IMG/VR virus record: IMGVR_UViG_3300037782_000064 | Coordinates: 1 to 33,009 of that record | Direction: 5' to 3' (one strand) | Source of the DNA: a virus | Taxonomy: Duplodnaviria > Caudoviricetes | DNA: 33,009 bases | Shown: positions 8,021-15,989 of the stretch, piece after piece | How positions within the stretch are numbered: the stretch's first letter is position 1 | How the letters are laid out: each line of letters begins with the position of its first letter | Program-made: the position numbers and the translations under genes | Notes under the pieces: model-generated | Databases searched by the model: none | The model's input: only the letters and a program-made list of their open reading frames with translations | What the model was told of the DNA's origin: nothing

Positions 8021-8551
8021 CTAACTTGCTTTGAATAGAGTCAACGACTCTTTGTTGATTATATTTTGTTTTACCCATGTGCCGGACAATGTACAACGTA
8101 CTTTTCCAAATTGTACAAGGCAAAGGGCATCTGCCGTCTTTAAAGTAGGTTTTATCGTTGGGAATTCCTTGGCTGCAAATCTTTTATAGAGGTTCTTTCT
8201 TTGCTGCTTTTCCTTTTTCGGGAAATAAAGTCCGAGTTCCTTCTGCCAAGTTATCGGGGCAACCTCAACGATCGGGATCCTGTTCGCTTCGATCAACGCC
8301 AAAAGTGATTTGTACTGTCCTATCATCTTGGTAATACCGAATTTCTTTCCTTGGTTCCCTGTCGTGTCACCGTGCCACATCTGCACTCTTTCTATGAAGA
8401 CAATGAAGTTTCCATACGTTTCCTTCAGGTACTCCAAATAGTCCCAAATTTCCCTGTTGGTCTTTGGCATTGGAACGGCTGTAATGGTCTTATCGCAATA
8501 AAAAGCGATTCCACCGCCATAACCTGGATCTATTCCACAAATCGGTATCAT
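8021..8551 (-). CDS. ruvC: Phage RuvC-like Holliday junction resolvase
   Basis: GIDPG, VFIE, PITWQK and ADAL catalytic motifs. Confidence 0.88.
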   Translation of the reverse strand: MIPICGIDPGYGGGIAFYCDKTITAVPMPKTNREIWDYLEYLKETYGNFIVFIERVQMWHGDTTGNQGKKFGITKMIGQYKSLLALIEANRIPIVEVAPITWQKELGLYFPKKEKQQRKNLYKRFAAKEFPTIKPTLKTADALCLVQFGKVRCTLSGTWVKQNIINKESLTLFKAS

Positions 8552-8727
8552 ATTCCAAGTGAGGGTTTCAAAATATTTGCTGTCTCACGATCTACCTTTC
8601 TTTCAAGGTTCTTGGATTTCTCCAACTGTTGGATCTTGACTTCTGGGGCAACTCCCTTCAGCCTAAAATATTTTGTCTGTTCGATCCTCATTTGGTTCAC
8701 AAGGTTTGCGTATTGAATTAAGTCCAT
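8548..8727 (-). CDS. 59-aa hypothetical protein (not in ORF track)
   Basis: MDLIQYANLVNQMRIEQTKYFRLKGVAPEVKIQQLEKSKNLERKVDRETANILKPSLGI*; ATGA overlap with RuvC. Confidence 0.8.
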   Translation of the reverse strand: MDLIQYANLVNQMRIEQTKYFRLKGVAPEVKIQQLEKSKNLERKVDRETANILKPSLGI

Positions 8728-8729
8728 GA

Positions 8730-9722
8730 TTATTGTTTTGATTCTTCAGATGGCTCTAAATTAAGCATTTTCATTGTAATCTCGTCAAATTCTTTAGCCA
8801 CATTTGGTTGGTGAACTTCTGGTTTGATCTCTACAAGTCGGTCAACAAGTTTGCTGTACTCGTTCTCTGGGTCAAGTTCCTTCAGCCTATCGTTAAAAAT
8901 ATCCAGATAAAGAATGAGGTTCATATCTCGCCTGTAACGGCTTATTATGGTCACAAGTTGGTCTTTATCCATTTCAGCGCAATTCGCTCGTAGATATGCA
9001 CGAAATCCTTTGTCCGAGTTCAAAAACGTGCTTTCCTTCTTCCTTAAAATCTCTGGCTGCTCCTTTTTGTCCTCGCCCACTCCCTTGAACATAGCCTCGA
9101 ATACTTTTGGATCCATTTTGTCCCTTGAAAGATTGAAATGTTTTTCCTTATCGTTGGAAATGCTCATGGTATGGGCAACGCTGCACCTATCGGACCAATA
9201 AACCTCTGACCATTGGATAACTTTTTCTGGGGAAAGGGTTTCATAAAACTGGCCGTAAAATCCAGACTTCGCTTGCCTGAAGAACAAATAAAGATCCTCT
9301 GGCGTCCAAGAATGGTTCCTGTGAAGTTCTTCAGCAATAAAATCGATTTGGTGGGGCTGCAATTTATTCTTTGCGTTCACCGAGTTCAGAAAGTCGATTA
9401 TCCAAAGTTTGAACTGTCCGACAATCTGTACTCTGGGATAATGCTTCTTGATCAACGCATACTGGTCTTCCTTGGGAAGTTTCTTCAGTTCTTTTACATC
9501 GTACAACTCCATGCAGATCTTTATCGCTGCATCCTTACCTACCTTCCTGTACGATTGTTGAGGTTTCTCCAATAGGTTCTTTACAGTCCGTATTTCATCC
9601 TTCCTTATCGGATCCAGTTTAATTGGACTGACTTCCAAAAGACTCTTGGATAACTTGTCGAGTATAGTCGTTGATACGCTGCTGTTGCCCGTCGTCTGAA
9701 GTTCCATTTTTTGCTGCCCCAT
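8730..9722 (-). CDS. Putative replication accessory protein (DUF6633-like, lambda-P position)
   Basis: Follows the initiator; DLYLFFRQAKSGFYGQFYETLSPEKVIQW motif. Confidence 0.55.
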   Translation of the reverse strand: MGQQKMELQTTGNSSVSTTILDKLSKSLLEVSPIKLDPIRKDEIRTVKNLLEKPQQSYRKVGKDAAIKICMELYDVKELKKLPKEDQYALIKKHYPRVQIVGQFKLWIIDFLNSVNAKNKLQPHQIDFIAEELHRNHSWTPEDLYLFFRQAKSGFYGQFYETLSPEKVIQWSEVYWSDRCSVAHTMSISNDKEKHFNLSRDKMDPKVFEAMFKGVGEDKKEQPEILRKKESTFLNSDKGFRAYLRANCAEMDKDQLVTIISRYRRDMNLILYLDIFNDRLKELDPENEYSKLVDRLVEIKPEVHQPNVAKEFDEITMKMLNLEPSEESKQ

Positions 9723-10437
9723 GATTCTTGCTTTGAGTTATTAAGGTTGATATTTGTTTGCGTAGCTTGTTGGTGCTGAATATGTTCCCTTTCCAAAAGT
9801 CGGAAATTTTTAGGAAATCGTATGCAATCCTGAACTGTTGCACTGTAACATTGTCCCGTTCCATCATCAATCGGATTGGATCAACAAAGTTTTTCCAAGT
9901 CGCTTTGTCAAGGTCTGAAGTAGGAGCCCCACTGTCTTTCCTGTTTTTCCTGAAGAGTTTCCACCACATAAGGGCAATCTCGAAATATTTCCGATCCGCA
10001 GCATTTTCGATTTCATCGATTTTTATTTCTTCAACTCTTTTTTTGTAATAACTCTTTATTTGTAAGGAATCTTTATTTATAGTACGTTCAGGTTTTCTGA
10101 AGATGGGATTTTCTGAAGGTGGGATTTTCTGAATTTGGGCCTTGGTTCGATTTTCTGAATTAGGCTCGTTTTGTAGCCAATAAGTACCAGAACCGTCGTG
10201 ATGCTTTTCGTAGATTATCCATCCTGTTTCCTTCAGTTCATCCAATGCTGAAGTAATTCCGGCTCTTCCATCCTTCAGCGATTTTGACATCGATCTCAAA
10301 GTAAAGTTCCATCCTTCAGGTCTGCTCGCCATGTGTGCAAAAAGTCCCATGGCTTTAAGGGACAAATCACCGCTCTGAAGCAATTCATTGGGAATTTGTG
10401 TAAAGGGCACTACTGCCCGTTGCAATCTTTCTTTCAT
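9619..10437 (-). CDS. Phage replication initiator (N-terminal HTH, lambda-O-like C terminus)
   Basis: FTQIPNELL...LSLKAMGLF...PEGWNF...ALDELKETGWI; C-terminal FWKGNIFSTNKLRKQ; internal iterons. Confidence 0.85.
   Translation of the reverse strand: MKERLQRAVVPFTQIPNELLQSGDLSLKAMGLFAHMASRPEGWNFTLRSMSKSLKDGRAGITSALDELKETGWIIYEKHHDGSGTYWLQNEPNSENRTKAQIQKIPPSENPIFRKPERTINKDSLQIKSYYKKRVEEIKIDEIENAADRKYFEIALMWWKLFRKNRKDSGAPTSDLDKATWKNFVDPIRLMMERDNVTVQQFRIAYDFLKISDFWKGNIFSTNKLRKQISTLITQSKNHGAAKNGTSDDGQQQRINDYTRQVIQESFGSQSN
10041..10160. repeat. Putative replication origin: four iterons plus an AT-rich tract inside the initiator gene
   Basis: TTTTCTGAA at 10093, 10109, 10125 and 10151 (two as GGGATTTTCTGAA); AT-rich 10041-10082. 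Confidence 0.75.
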
Positions 10438-10460
10438 TTGTTTTGATTTTTTGTGGACAA

Positions 10461-10712
10461 TTAAGATAGCAAAATATCGAATATACTCTCCTTCTCATTG
10501 TAAGAATAAAGTGTTGCCCTGCACTCCATGTGCATCCTGCTCTCCCTTTCATCCTTCCTTTCGATTACCGAATACATTAAAACTCTGGAAAAAAACTTCT
10601 TCACATAGATTTCTTTATGTGGTTTTTCATTGTCTTCGATGAAGATACGCACCCTCACCTTTCGGGAAAAGGGTGCATAATCAACTTTTATCAAATACCT
10701 ACCTTCTTCCAT
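10461..10712 (-). CDS. Hypothetical protein
   Basis: 83-aa ORF in operon. Confidence 0.65.
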   Translation of the reverse strand: MEEGRYLIKVDYAPFSRKVRVRIFIEDNEKPHKEIYVKKFFSRVLMYSVIERKDERESRMHMECRATLYSYNEKESIFDILLS

Positions 10713-10903
10713 CCTTTGACCAAGTTATCGGTATGTGTTCTTGCTGCCGTGTAGTTTTGATAGTTCTCCCAATCGCCACCGCAATTGTAAACAACAAATA
10801 CATGGTTTTCGTCTGAATGGGACTTGACTATCCCGTTCTCCAATTTTCCGTGTTCAGGGACGTAACAAACTTTGTCGCCCGGCTCAAAAAATACTGCTGC
10901 CAT
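10691..10903 (-). CDS. Small SH3/KOW-like hypothetical protein
   Basis: FEPGDKVCY...ENGIVKS...VFVVY pattern. Confidence 0.65.
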   Translation of the reverse strand: MAAVFFEPGDKVCYVPEHGKLENGIVKSHSDENHVFVVYNCGGDWENYQNYTAARTHTDNLVKGWKKVGI

Positions 10904-11160
10904 TATAGTTCGTTTAGTTCCTGTTCCTTTTTTTCCAACTGCTTTTTCCAGTGTGATTCTTCGAGTTTCATCAAAATCTCAAAACTTGCAGGGCTTGGCT
11001 TTAAATAATGCTCATAGCCTTGGCCATAATCAAATTTAACCTTTGGAACTCCCGTGGTCTGGAATTTACTGTCGATCACTTTAAGCATATCTATTTTTCT
11101 CTTGATCAAATCAATTTCTGTTTTGATCTCGATTCCTTTTTGTAACTGCTCTGTTGTCAT
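10903..11160 (-). CDS. Hypothetical coiled-coil protein
   Basis: 85-aa ORF, 1-bp overlap. Confidence 0.75.
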   Translation of the reverse strand: MTTEQLQKGIEIKTEIDLIKRKIDMLKVIDSKFQTTGVPKVKFDYGQGYEHYLKPSPASFEILMKLEESHWKKQLEKKEQELNEL

Positions 11161-11177
11161 AATATTGGGTTTAAATT

Positions 11178-12143
11178 TTACATTCTTGGTTTGTAATAAG
11201 CGGGAACGTCCATGCTGAAATAACTCAACGCTTCATCCCTTACAAAATCATACGATTTGTGCCAAAGGTTATTTTCATGGCAATACTTGAAGGAAAGAAG
11301 AAGGTTCTGGATTTCTTCCTGTGCCCCTGTGATCATGTCCTGCGTCGCCCTGAATACGTTAACGTTGTAAGGTGGGCTCGTCTCAACAACGATATGTACA
11401 AAAGATGGGAATTTCCATTTGTATTTGTAGCCCATAGTATAGACTCCCGTTTGTCCATTGTACCAGAAATTGATCACTTGCCTTGGCCAATCAAGTTGGT
11501 GTCCCTTGTTGACTTGGACTGTTTTCAGGTCGGCTATGAAATATTCATGGTCGCGTGGTTCCTCTTCTGACTCCATATCGATAAAGCCCCGAAGGAAATA
11601 TCCAGTTTCCCTATGTTTGAACCTTAACGGTACCTGAAATCGCTTTGTCCGCTCCAAATAGAACCGCGAGTCATCGTTCTTCCATACAGATTCAGCAATC
11701 TCGTACCCTTTCTCGAAGGTTTCTTCATCAACTACCAAAAGACCTTGGTTAAGTTCCTCATAAAGTTCCTTGATCGCTTTTCCTTCATTCGATTTAGCAC
11801 TGACCTTCTCCGGCATTACGAATATCTTTTTGTGAAATCCCTTTTGATTGGTGACAATTTCATCTGCTACGCTTCCAAGGATCAAAGAAGGTGTTTTTGG
11901 TTTCTTTTCCCTTGTCAGGTATTCGATAAATGAAATGGGCGACTCCCTGAAGGATTTCAGGCTCGAATATGAAAGACCATCCTTGTCAAGTTTTTCCTGA
12001 ACAATCGATTTGAAAGTATCTGGATGCCTTGACTCTTTTACGATTTCGATTTTTATATCGATTTTTTTACGCTGCTCTTTTATCTTCTTCTTGACGTCCT
12101 TCAGATGCAACTTCTTGAATTCTTCTACTGATTTTACTGCCAT
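11178..12143 (-). CDS. PD-(D/E)XK exonuclease (DUF3799/RecE-like), RecT partner
   Basis: LSYSSLKSF...SP, LILGS, RGFID...IADLKT, YNGQTGVY, FVHIVVETSPPY. Confidence 0.85.
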   Translation of the reverse strand: MAVKSVEEFKKLHLKDVKKKIKEQRKKIDIKIEIVKESRHPDTFKSIVQEKLDKDGLSYSSLKSFRESPISFIEYLTREKKPKTPSLILGSVADEIVTNQKGFHKKIFVMPEKVSAKSNEGKAIKELYEELNQGLLVVDEETFEKGYEIAESVWKNDDSRFYLERTKRFQVPLRFKHRETGYFLRGFIDMESEEEPRDHEYFIADLKTVQVNKGHQLDWPRQVINFWYNGQTGVYTMGYKYKWKFPSFVHIVVETSPPYNVNVFRATQDMITGAQEEIQNLLLSFKYCHENNLWHKSYDFVRDEALSYFSMDVPAYYKPRM

Positions 12144-13003
12144 TACTTTTTGGTTTTTTGAGGTTTCTTTTCTTCAGGGTCGGCATCCTGTTCCAGTTCG
12201 ACTTTTTTCTTCGCGACTGCCGATCTGAAATCCTTGTCCTTGTGGTACAACGAATTTTCGTTTCCCGCTGCCCACGAAAGAAGTTCATCCAAGTCCGTGA
12301 AAGTATTGATATGATCCAGGATTGAATCTGGCGCCTTTACGTCATCCAATTTGGAAAGATCGTAGTTGTCATTGTCAATACTGTCCATGTGGCCTGTAAT
12401 GTCATCGAAATGCGATTTGCAGGCACGTTTGATTACCGACTTCCTTACCATCCGATCGTACCAAGCGTCCCAAACATTCTGGGTATTGGCTACTTTCTTC
12501 ATCTTCTCGATGTCGGCAGGACCTAAAAGTTCAAGGAATTCCCCCCTGTCATTCTTGATGATGCAATATGCTCCCGCAAGGTTTTCAGGGGTTATCTGTG
12601 AGAACGGGTTTACTATTTCGTGCGTGTAACGAATTCTTCCGTCCCTTTTTGAGAAACTGAATTCATCTTCCTTCTTCACAAGCTGAACATCAATCTGTGA
12701 CTCTGGATAAACCATTAGCATCTTGTTCTTGTATGCTTGGTAATCGTATTGAGCGGAAGGTTTTCCTTTGAAGGCAATCGTAATGTGATCCCCGTCGATG
12801 TACATTCCGTCCTTGGCCACTTTCTTGAAAAGGTTCACAACTGATTCTGCTGTCATCCTACTGAAATCATAGAACTTCAGTCCGTTGGTTCCCTTTTTCT
12901 TTTCGGTTCCAAGTTCATTCAGGTAATTGATGAAAACGTTCACGTTCTCCTTTGGGTAATCCTTCAGGGCTTTTTTGATCCCCGGCAAGTCATTTAATGT
13001 CAT
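12143..13003 (-). CDS. recT: RecT-family single-strand annealing protein
   Basis: DYQAY, QLVKKEDEFSF, GAYCII, WDAWYDRMVRKSVIKRACK. Confidence 0.9.
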   Translation of the reverse strand: MTLNDLPGIKKALKDYPKENVNVFINYLNELGTEKKKGTNGLKFYDFSRMTAESVVNLFKKVAKDGMYIDGDHITIAFKGKPSAQYDYQAYKNKMLMVYPESQIDVQLVKKEDEFSFSKRDGRIRYTHEIVNPFSQITPENLAGAYCIIKNDRGEFLELLGPADIEKMKKVANTQNVWDAWYDRMVRKSVIKRACKSHFDDITGHMDSIDNDNYDLSKLDDVKAPDSILDHINTFTDLDELLSWAAGNENSLYHKDKDFRSAVAKKKVELEQDADPEEKKPQKTKK

Positions 13004-13004
13004 G

Positions 13005-13223
13005 TTACTTCTTTTTTGTTTTGATAAGGTCTTTCATATCCACACCAAGAAACTCGGAAAGTTTCAATATGTGGTTAAGTGTCTTCAGGCTTTCACCGTT
13101 TTCCCAATTGGTCAACGTCTGTCTGGCGATTCCTGTTTCCTTTGCGAGTTGGTTCAACGACATATCATCGTTTTCCCGTTTGTTCCGTTTGGCCAAAGCC
13201 TCGGAAAGTGCGAGTTTGATCAT
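13005..13223 (-). CDS. XRE/Cro-like HTH regulator
   Basis: MSLNQLAKETGIARQTLTNWENG...ILKLSEFLGV; no S24 peptidase domain. Confidence 0.92.
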   Translation of the reverse strand: MIKLALSEALAKRNKRENDDMSLNQLAKETGIARQTLTNWENGESLKTLNHILKLSEFLGVDMKDLIKTKKK

Positions 13224-13286
13224 AAAATGATTTTTAGATTAAAAATGTAGGAAGATGGCTTGTCCACGATCCTGTTTTGATAATGC

Positions 13287-13318
13287 CAAAGATAGTAAAA
13301 ATATTGGAATGGTGTAAA
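13287..13318 (-). promoter_or_regulatory. Sigma-A type promoter of the HTH/RecT early operon
   Basis: TATCTTTG at 13287-13294; 22/23 identity with the core of the 34-bp repeat. Confidence 0.75.
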
Positions 13319-13326
13319 TTTTTTGG

Positions 13327-13357
13327 AAAAATAAAAGGGGCCAGAACAGCCCCTTTC
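13327..13357 (-). terminator. Intrinsic terminator ending the late operon / candidate sRNA
   Basis: AAAGGGGCT-GTTCT-GGCCCCTTT followed by TATTTTT. Confidence 0.85.
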
Positions 13358-13399
13358 GATTTATCAAAACAAATTTCATATCATGGACGACATGAAGTT
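13327..13399 (-). ncRNA. Candidate trans-acting antisense small RNA (~70 nt)
   Basis: Bounded by its own promoter and terminator; body CUUCAUGUCGUCCAUGAUAUGAAAUUUGUUUUGAUAAA is complementary to the leaders/start codons of several phage genes. Confidence 0.6.
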
Positions 13400-13402
13400 C
13401 AA

Positions 13403-13433
13403 CAAATGTACTACAAAAATACGATACCCCCAA
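13403..13433 (-). promoter_or_regulatory. Sigma-A type promoter for the candidate sRNA
   Basis: TTG (13431-13433)-N20-TACATTTG (13403-13410), consensus Bacteroidota spacing. Confidence 0.65.
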
Positions 13434-13824
13434 CAACGCATATAACAATACCTATCAGTGATCCGTCTCGAATTCCCTTGACGTATTTCTTCCTTCCCTG
13501 TATCACTTGCAACTCAACTTCGTTTTCGAGGTTCATGTTTATAGAGTCCTTCAACGGTATCAATACAGTTTCGTAATTGTTGATGACAGATTTGAATTTG
13601 TCGTTCGACCCCCTCAAAGTGCTGATTGCAAATCTCAACCTTGTGGTGTCCATTTTTAGAAGATCCAATTCTGCCTTAGATTGTTCATAACTCATGAAGA
13701 TGTTCCAGATTGAGTCCCTGTTTACCAAGATCATATCTTCACTGGTTTGCCCGTATGTACTCACGGATAAGAGAGTCACGGACAGAAGTAGGAAGATTTT
13801 TGAAATTATTTTTGCGCCTTTCAT
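13411..13824 (-). CDS. Spanin-like second component (signal peptide, coiled coil, C-terminal TM)
   Basis: Start MKGAK (13824); FLLLSVTLLSVSTYG|Q signal; C-terminal LIGIVICVVGGIVFL; overlaps the Rz-like gene by 86 bp. Confidence 0.6.
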   Translation of the reverse strand: MKGAKIISKIFLLLSVTLLSVSTYGQTSEDMILVNRDSIWNIFMSYEQSKAELDLLKMDTTRLRFAISTLRGSNDKFKSVINNYETVLIPLKDSINMNLENEVELQVIQGRKKYVKGIRDGSLIGIVICVVGGIVFL

Positions 13825-14098
13825 ACTCTTGTAATTTTTGTTGATAAGTTTCCCTGCTCTTTTCAAGTTCGACCATAATGCTATCGGCTTGAAATTCAAG
13901 ATACAGACCTTTCTGAAGCAAAGAGTCGTTCTTTGCCTTCTCCCTGTCGTATCGGTTCTCTAAATATTTGTTTTTTTGCCTTAGTTGCTCGATTTCAACC
14001 TGACCAGTGGTGTATATCCAATAAACCACGAAACAACCTAATAAGGCTACGAAAAACATTGTGGACAAAATCCATGGGTTGATCTTTGTCTTTTCCAT
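13739..14098 (-). CDS. Rz/i-spanin-like protein
   Basis: N-terminal TM then coiled coil; directly downstream of the lysin. Confidence 0.65.
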   Translation of the reverse strand: MEKTKINPWILSTMFFVALLGCFVVYWIYTTGQVEIEQLRQKNKYLENRYDREKAKNDSLLQKGLYLEFQADSIMVELEKSRETYQQKLQEYERRKNNFKNLPTSVRDSLIREYIRANQ

Positions 14099-14099
14099 T

Positions 14100-14531
14100 T
14101 CAGAATGAGTTCTTGATTACGATTTTTACTAACCCCGCATCTTGAAGACATCTATGGAGAAGTTCCAAGGTGTCCCGACTGTTTGTGACGTCAATATATC
14201 CGTCCTTGTCAATATCCTTCAGTTTAATACCGGGCGCAATGCAACCTTCTAATTGGTGCCAATTATTCGCTACGTGGATCTTGCACTCCGATCTGTTGGG
14301 TACGTTGTAAAGTTCCCATAGTTTCATTTTGAAAGCAGGGGAATATTCAAAGTACATCGGATAGGTTCCTTCAGGAACGCAACTTACCCTCGGTTCATTG
14401 TTTCTCCAACCGCGTTCAACGGTCGAGCAAGAGAACACTGGTTTTCCTTCAGGATCAAAAAGGACCATGTTACCAAAGGTCTGATTTTCGTCCTGCCAAT
14501 GTCGCCAAAGTTTTAATACATAATCTTTCAT
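14100..14531 (-). CDS. DUF5675-family putative endolysin
   Basis: TFG...TVERGWRNNEPRVSCVPEGTY...VPNRSECKIHVAN...EGCIAPG. Confidence 0.85.
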   Translation of the reverse strand: MKDYVLKLWRHWQDENQTFGNMVLFDPEGKPVFSCSTVERGWRNNEPRVSCVPEGTYPMYFEYSPAFKMKLWELYNVPNRSECKIHVANNWHQLEGCIAPGIKLKDIDKDGYIDVTNSRDTLELLHRCLQDAGLVKIVIKNSF

Positions 14532-14542
14532 TTGATCAAAAT

Positions 14543-14577
14543 AAAAAAAGGACCCGTCGTGAGGTGAACGGATCCTT
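14543..14577 (-). terminator. Intrinsic terminator just upstream of the lysin gene
   Basis: AAGGATCCGT-N10-ACGGGTCCTT followed by TTTTT. Confidence 0.8.
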
Positions 14578-14610
14578 CAGATTGGAAAATTGAGAAAGTG
14601 TAGGTTAAGA

Positions 14611-14874
14611 TTACTTAATTCCGACTTTGGCACTGAAACGTCCCCAAGCTGCCACTGCAAGTCCGATTACCTGAAGGATGCTCCCCCAAATGTCATCAAC
14701 TGCAAAAGCAATCTCTTCGCCAGAATTCAAAATTTCTTCAGCACCCGCCTGAACATCTACTTCAGGCCAGAACATCTGTACAAGAGTTCCTATTGCTGCA
14801 ATTATTACTCCGATAATGGTCTTGGATTTGTACCAAGCCTTAAAATTGTTCCATCCTTCTTTGATTTCTCCCAT
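14611..14874 (-). CDS. Two-TM holin-like protein
   Basis: Start MGEIK (14874); KAWYKSKTIIG...AAWGRFSA; two hydrophobic segments. Confidence 0.65.
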   Translation of the reverse strand: MGEIKEGWNNFKAWYKSKTIIGVIIAAIGTLVQMFWPEVDVQAGAEEILNSGEEIAFAVDDIWGSILQVIGLAVAAWGRFSAKVGIK

Positions 14875-14938
14875 GATAAATATTTTAGGTTCAACGGTTA
14901 ACGAGCGTAAGTTACTAAAAAACTCTAAACAAAATACT

Positions 14939-15565
14939 TCAGTCAAGGTACTTTTGGATTTCAGGAAGTATTATGCCGTCATAAGTCAACTTGAAAATTG
15001 TCCTGCATCTGTCAGTAAAAGGTTTCCCATGGGAAGCAACAGAAGAAAAAATAACAAGGTCGTTTTCTTCATTAATCGATTGTCTCAAAAGAAATCTAAC
15101 ATGGCTGTATTTTACTCCTTCAAACTCATAAAAATCCTTTAGAACACCATCTTTCATCTTATCTACATCGATTTCCAGATAGTCGTTAGACTCAACGCTT
15201 TTCAACATTTCCTTGTACTCTGGATCTGTCCTTATGTGATTGTACCTTTCGACCGCCCTGTAATTTCTTGGGTCTTCATGTTCCTCATGTATTGCCGAAA
15301 CAAACCTGAAGTCGGTCTTTCCATTAAAAGCTATCAATATCAAGAACCTATCCGCATTTGTGGAAGAGAACATTCTTTCGGCACTTTTTCGGATCAAATA
15401 CATTATCCTAAGATTGAGCATTGAGTCCAGAACCCTTGTCGCTTGAAAGTAAGTTTCTTTCTCCTTCTTCATTTTTTTCATTTCCCTTCGATGGACTAAA
15501 ATAGCGGGGATCAATACCCCTACAAGTGTTACAAAGGCTATTATTATTTCCTTGAATGGCTCCAT
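14939..15565 (-). CDS. Single-TM protein with GAF-like domain, T4 holin T-like architecture
   Basis: N-terminal TM; NADRFLILIAFNG GAF-type strand motif; 208 aa; lysis module. Confidence 0.5.
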   Translation of the reverse strand: MEPFKEIIIAFVTLVGVLIPAILVHRREMKKMKKEKETYFQATRVLDSMLNLRIMYLIRKSAERMFSSTNADRFLILIAFNGKTDFRFVSAIHEEHEDPRNYRAVERYNHIRTDPEYKEMLKSVESNDYLEIDVDKMKDGVLKDFYEFEGVKYSHVRFLLRQSINEENDLVIFSSVASHGKPFTDRCRTIFKLTYDGIILPEIQKYLD

Positions 15566-15570
15566 CTGGT

Positions 15571-15921
15571 TTACTCGTCTTTATCTGATATGTTCTTATT
15601 TGGCCTTATTCCGTTGGTTCCGCCGGACAATATCCAACCCAACCAGAAATGTCCCATCAAAGAGTTTTCCAGATCAAAAGAGAACAACGAAGAAATTACA
15701 GTTTTGGTTTCAGGAAGGACCTCAAACGAAATGGCTATCAAAAGATTTAGAACAATTACGGCTACAAGGTAATCTTTGTGGTTTTTCCAGAAAGAAGAAA
15801 GAGAAAAACCCAACTCCTTATTCAATGGGTTGAGTTTCTTCCAGATTTTATAAACGGTATAGATCAAGGCCCCTAAAAGTCCGAGTCCCCAATGCTCCAA
15901 AATGTTGAACATGATTTCCAT
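15571..15921 (-). CDS. 2-3 TM holin-like membrane protein
   Basis: Hydrophobic segments and a charged C-tail; first gene of the lysis module. Confidence 0.6.
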   Translation of the reverse strand: MEIMFNILEHWGLGLLGALIYTVYKIWKKLNPLNKELGFSLSSFWKNHKDYLVAVIVLNLLIAISFEVLPETKTVISSLFSFDLENSLMGHFWLGWILSGGTNGIRPNKNISDKDE

Positions 15922-15989
15922 GCAAACAAATATGCGGAAGAAATCACCTACAATCTAACAACTACTTTAAATTATTCGATAGTGAAAAA

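Noticed and set aside
13383-13445. + strand 20-codon ORF MDDMKFNKCTTKIRYPQQRI with a typical leader
   Set aside because: No + strand TAnnTTTG promoter, opposite to every other gene, runs into a coding region; promoter and terminator polarity favour a minus-strand RNA (kept as an alternative)
13239-13448. 69-aa minus-strand ORF and 99-aa plus-strand ORF (13277-13576) as a repressor gene
   Set aside because: They run across a terminator and promoters and have no HTH signature
14578-14608. Pyrimidine-rich stretch before the 14.5-kb terminator as a third antisense RNA
   Set aside because: Only a weak gapped match to the start of the gene at 2181 and no promoter; insufficient support
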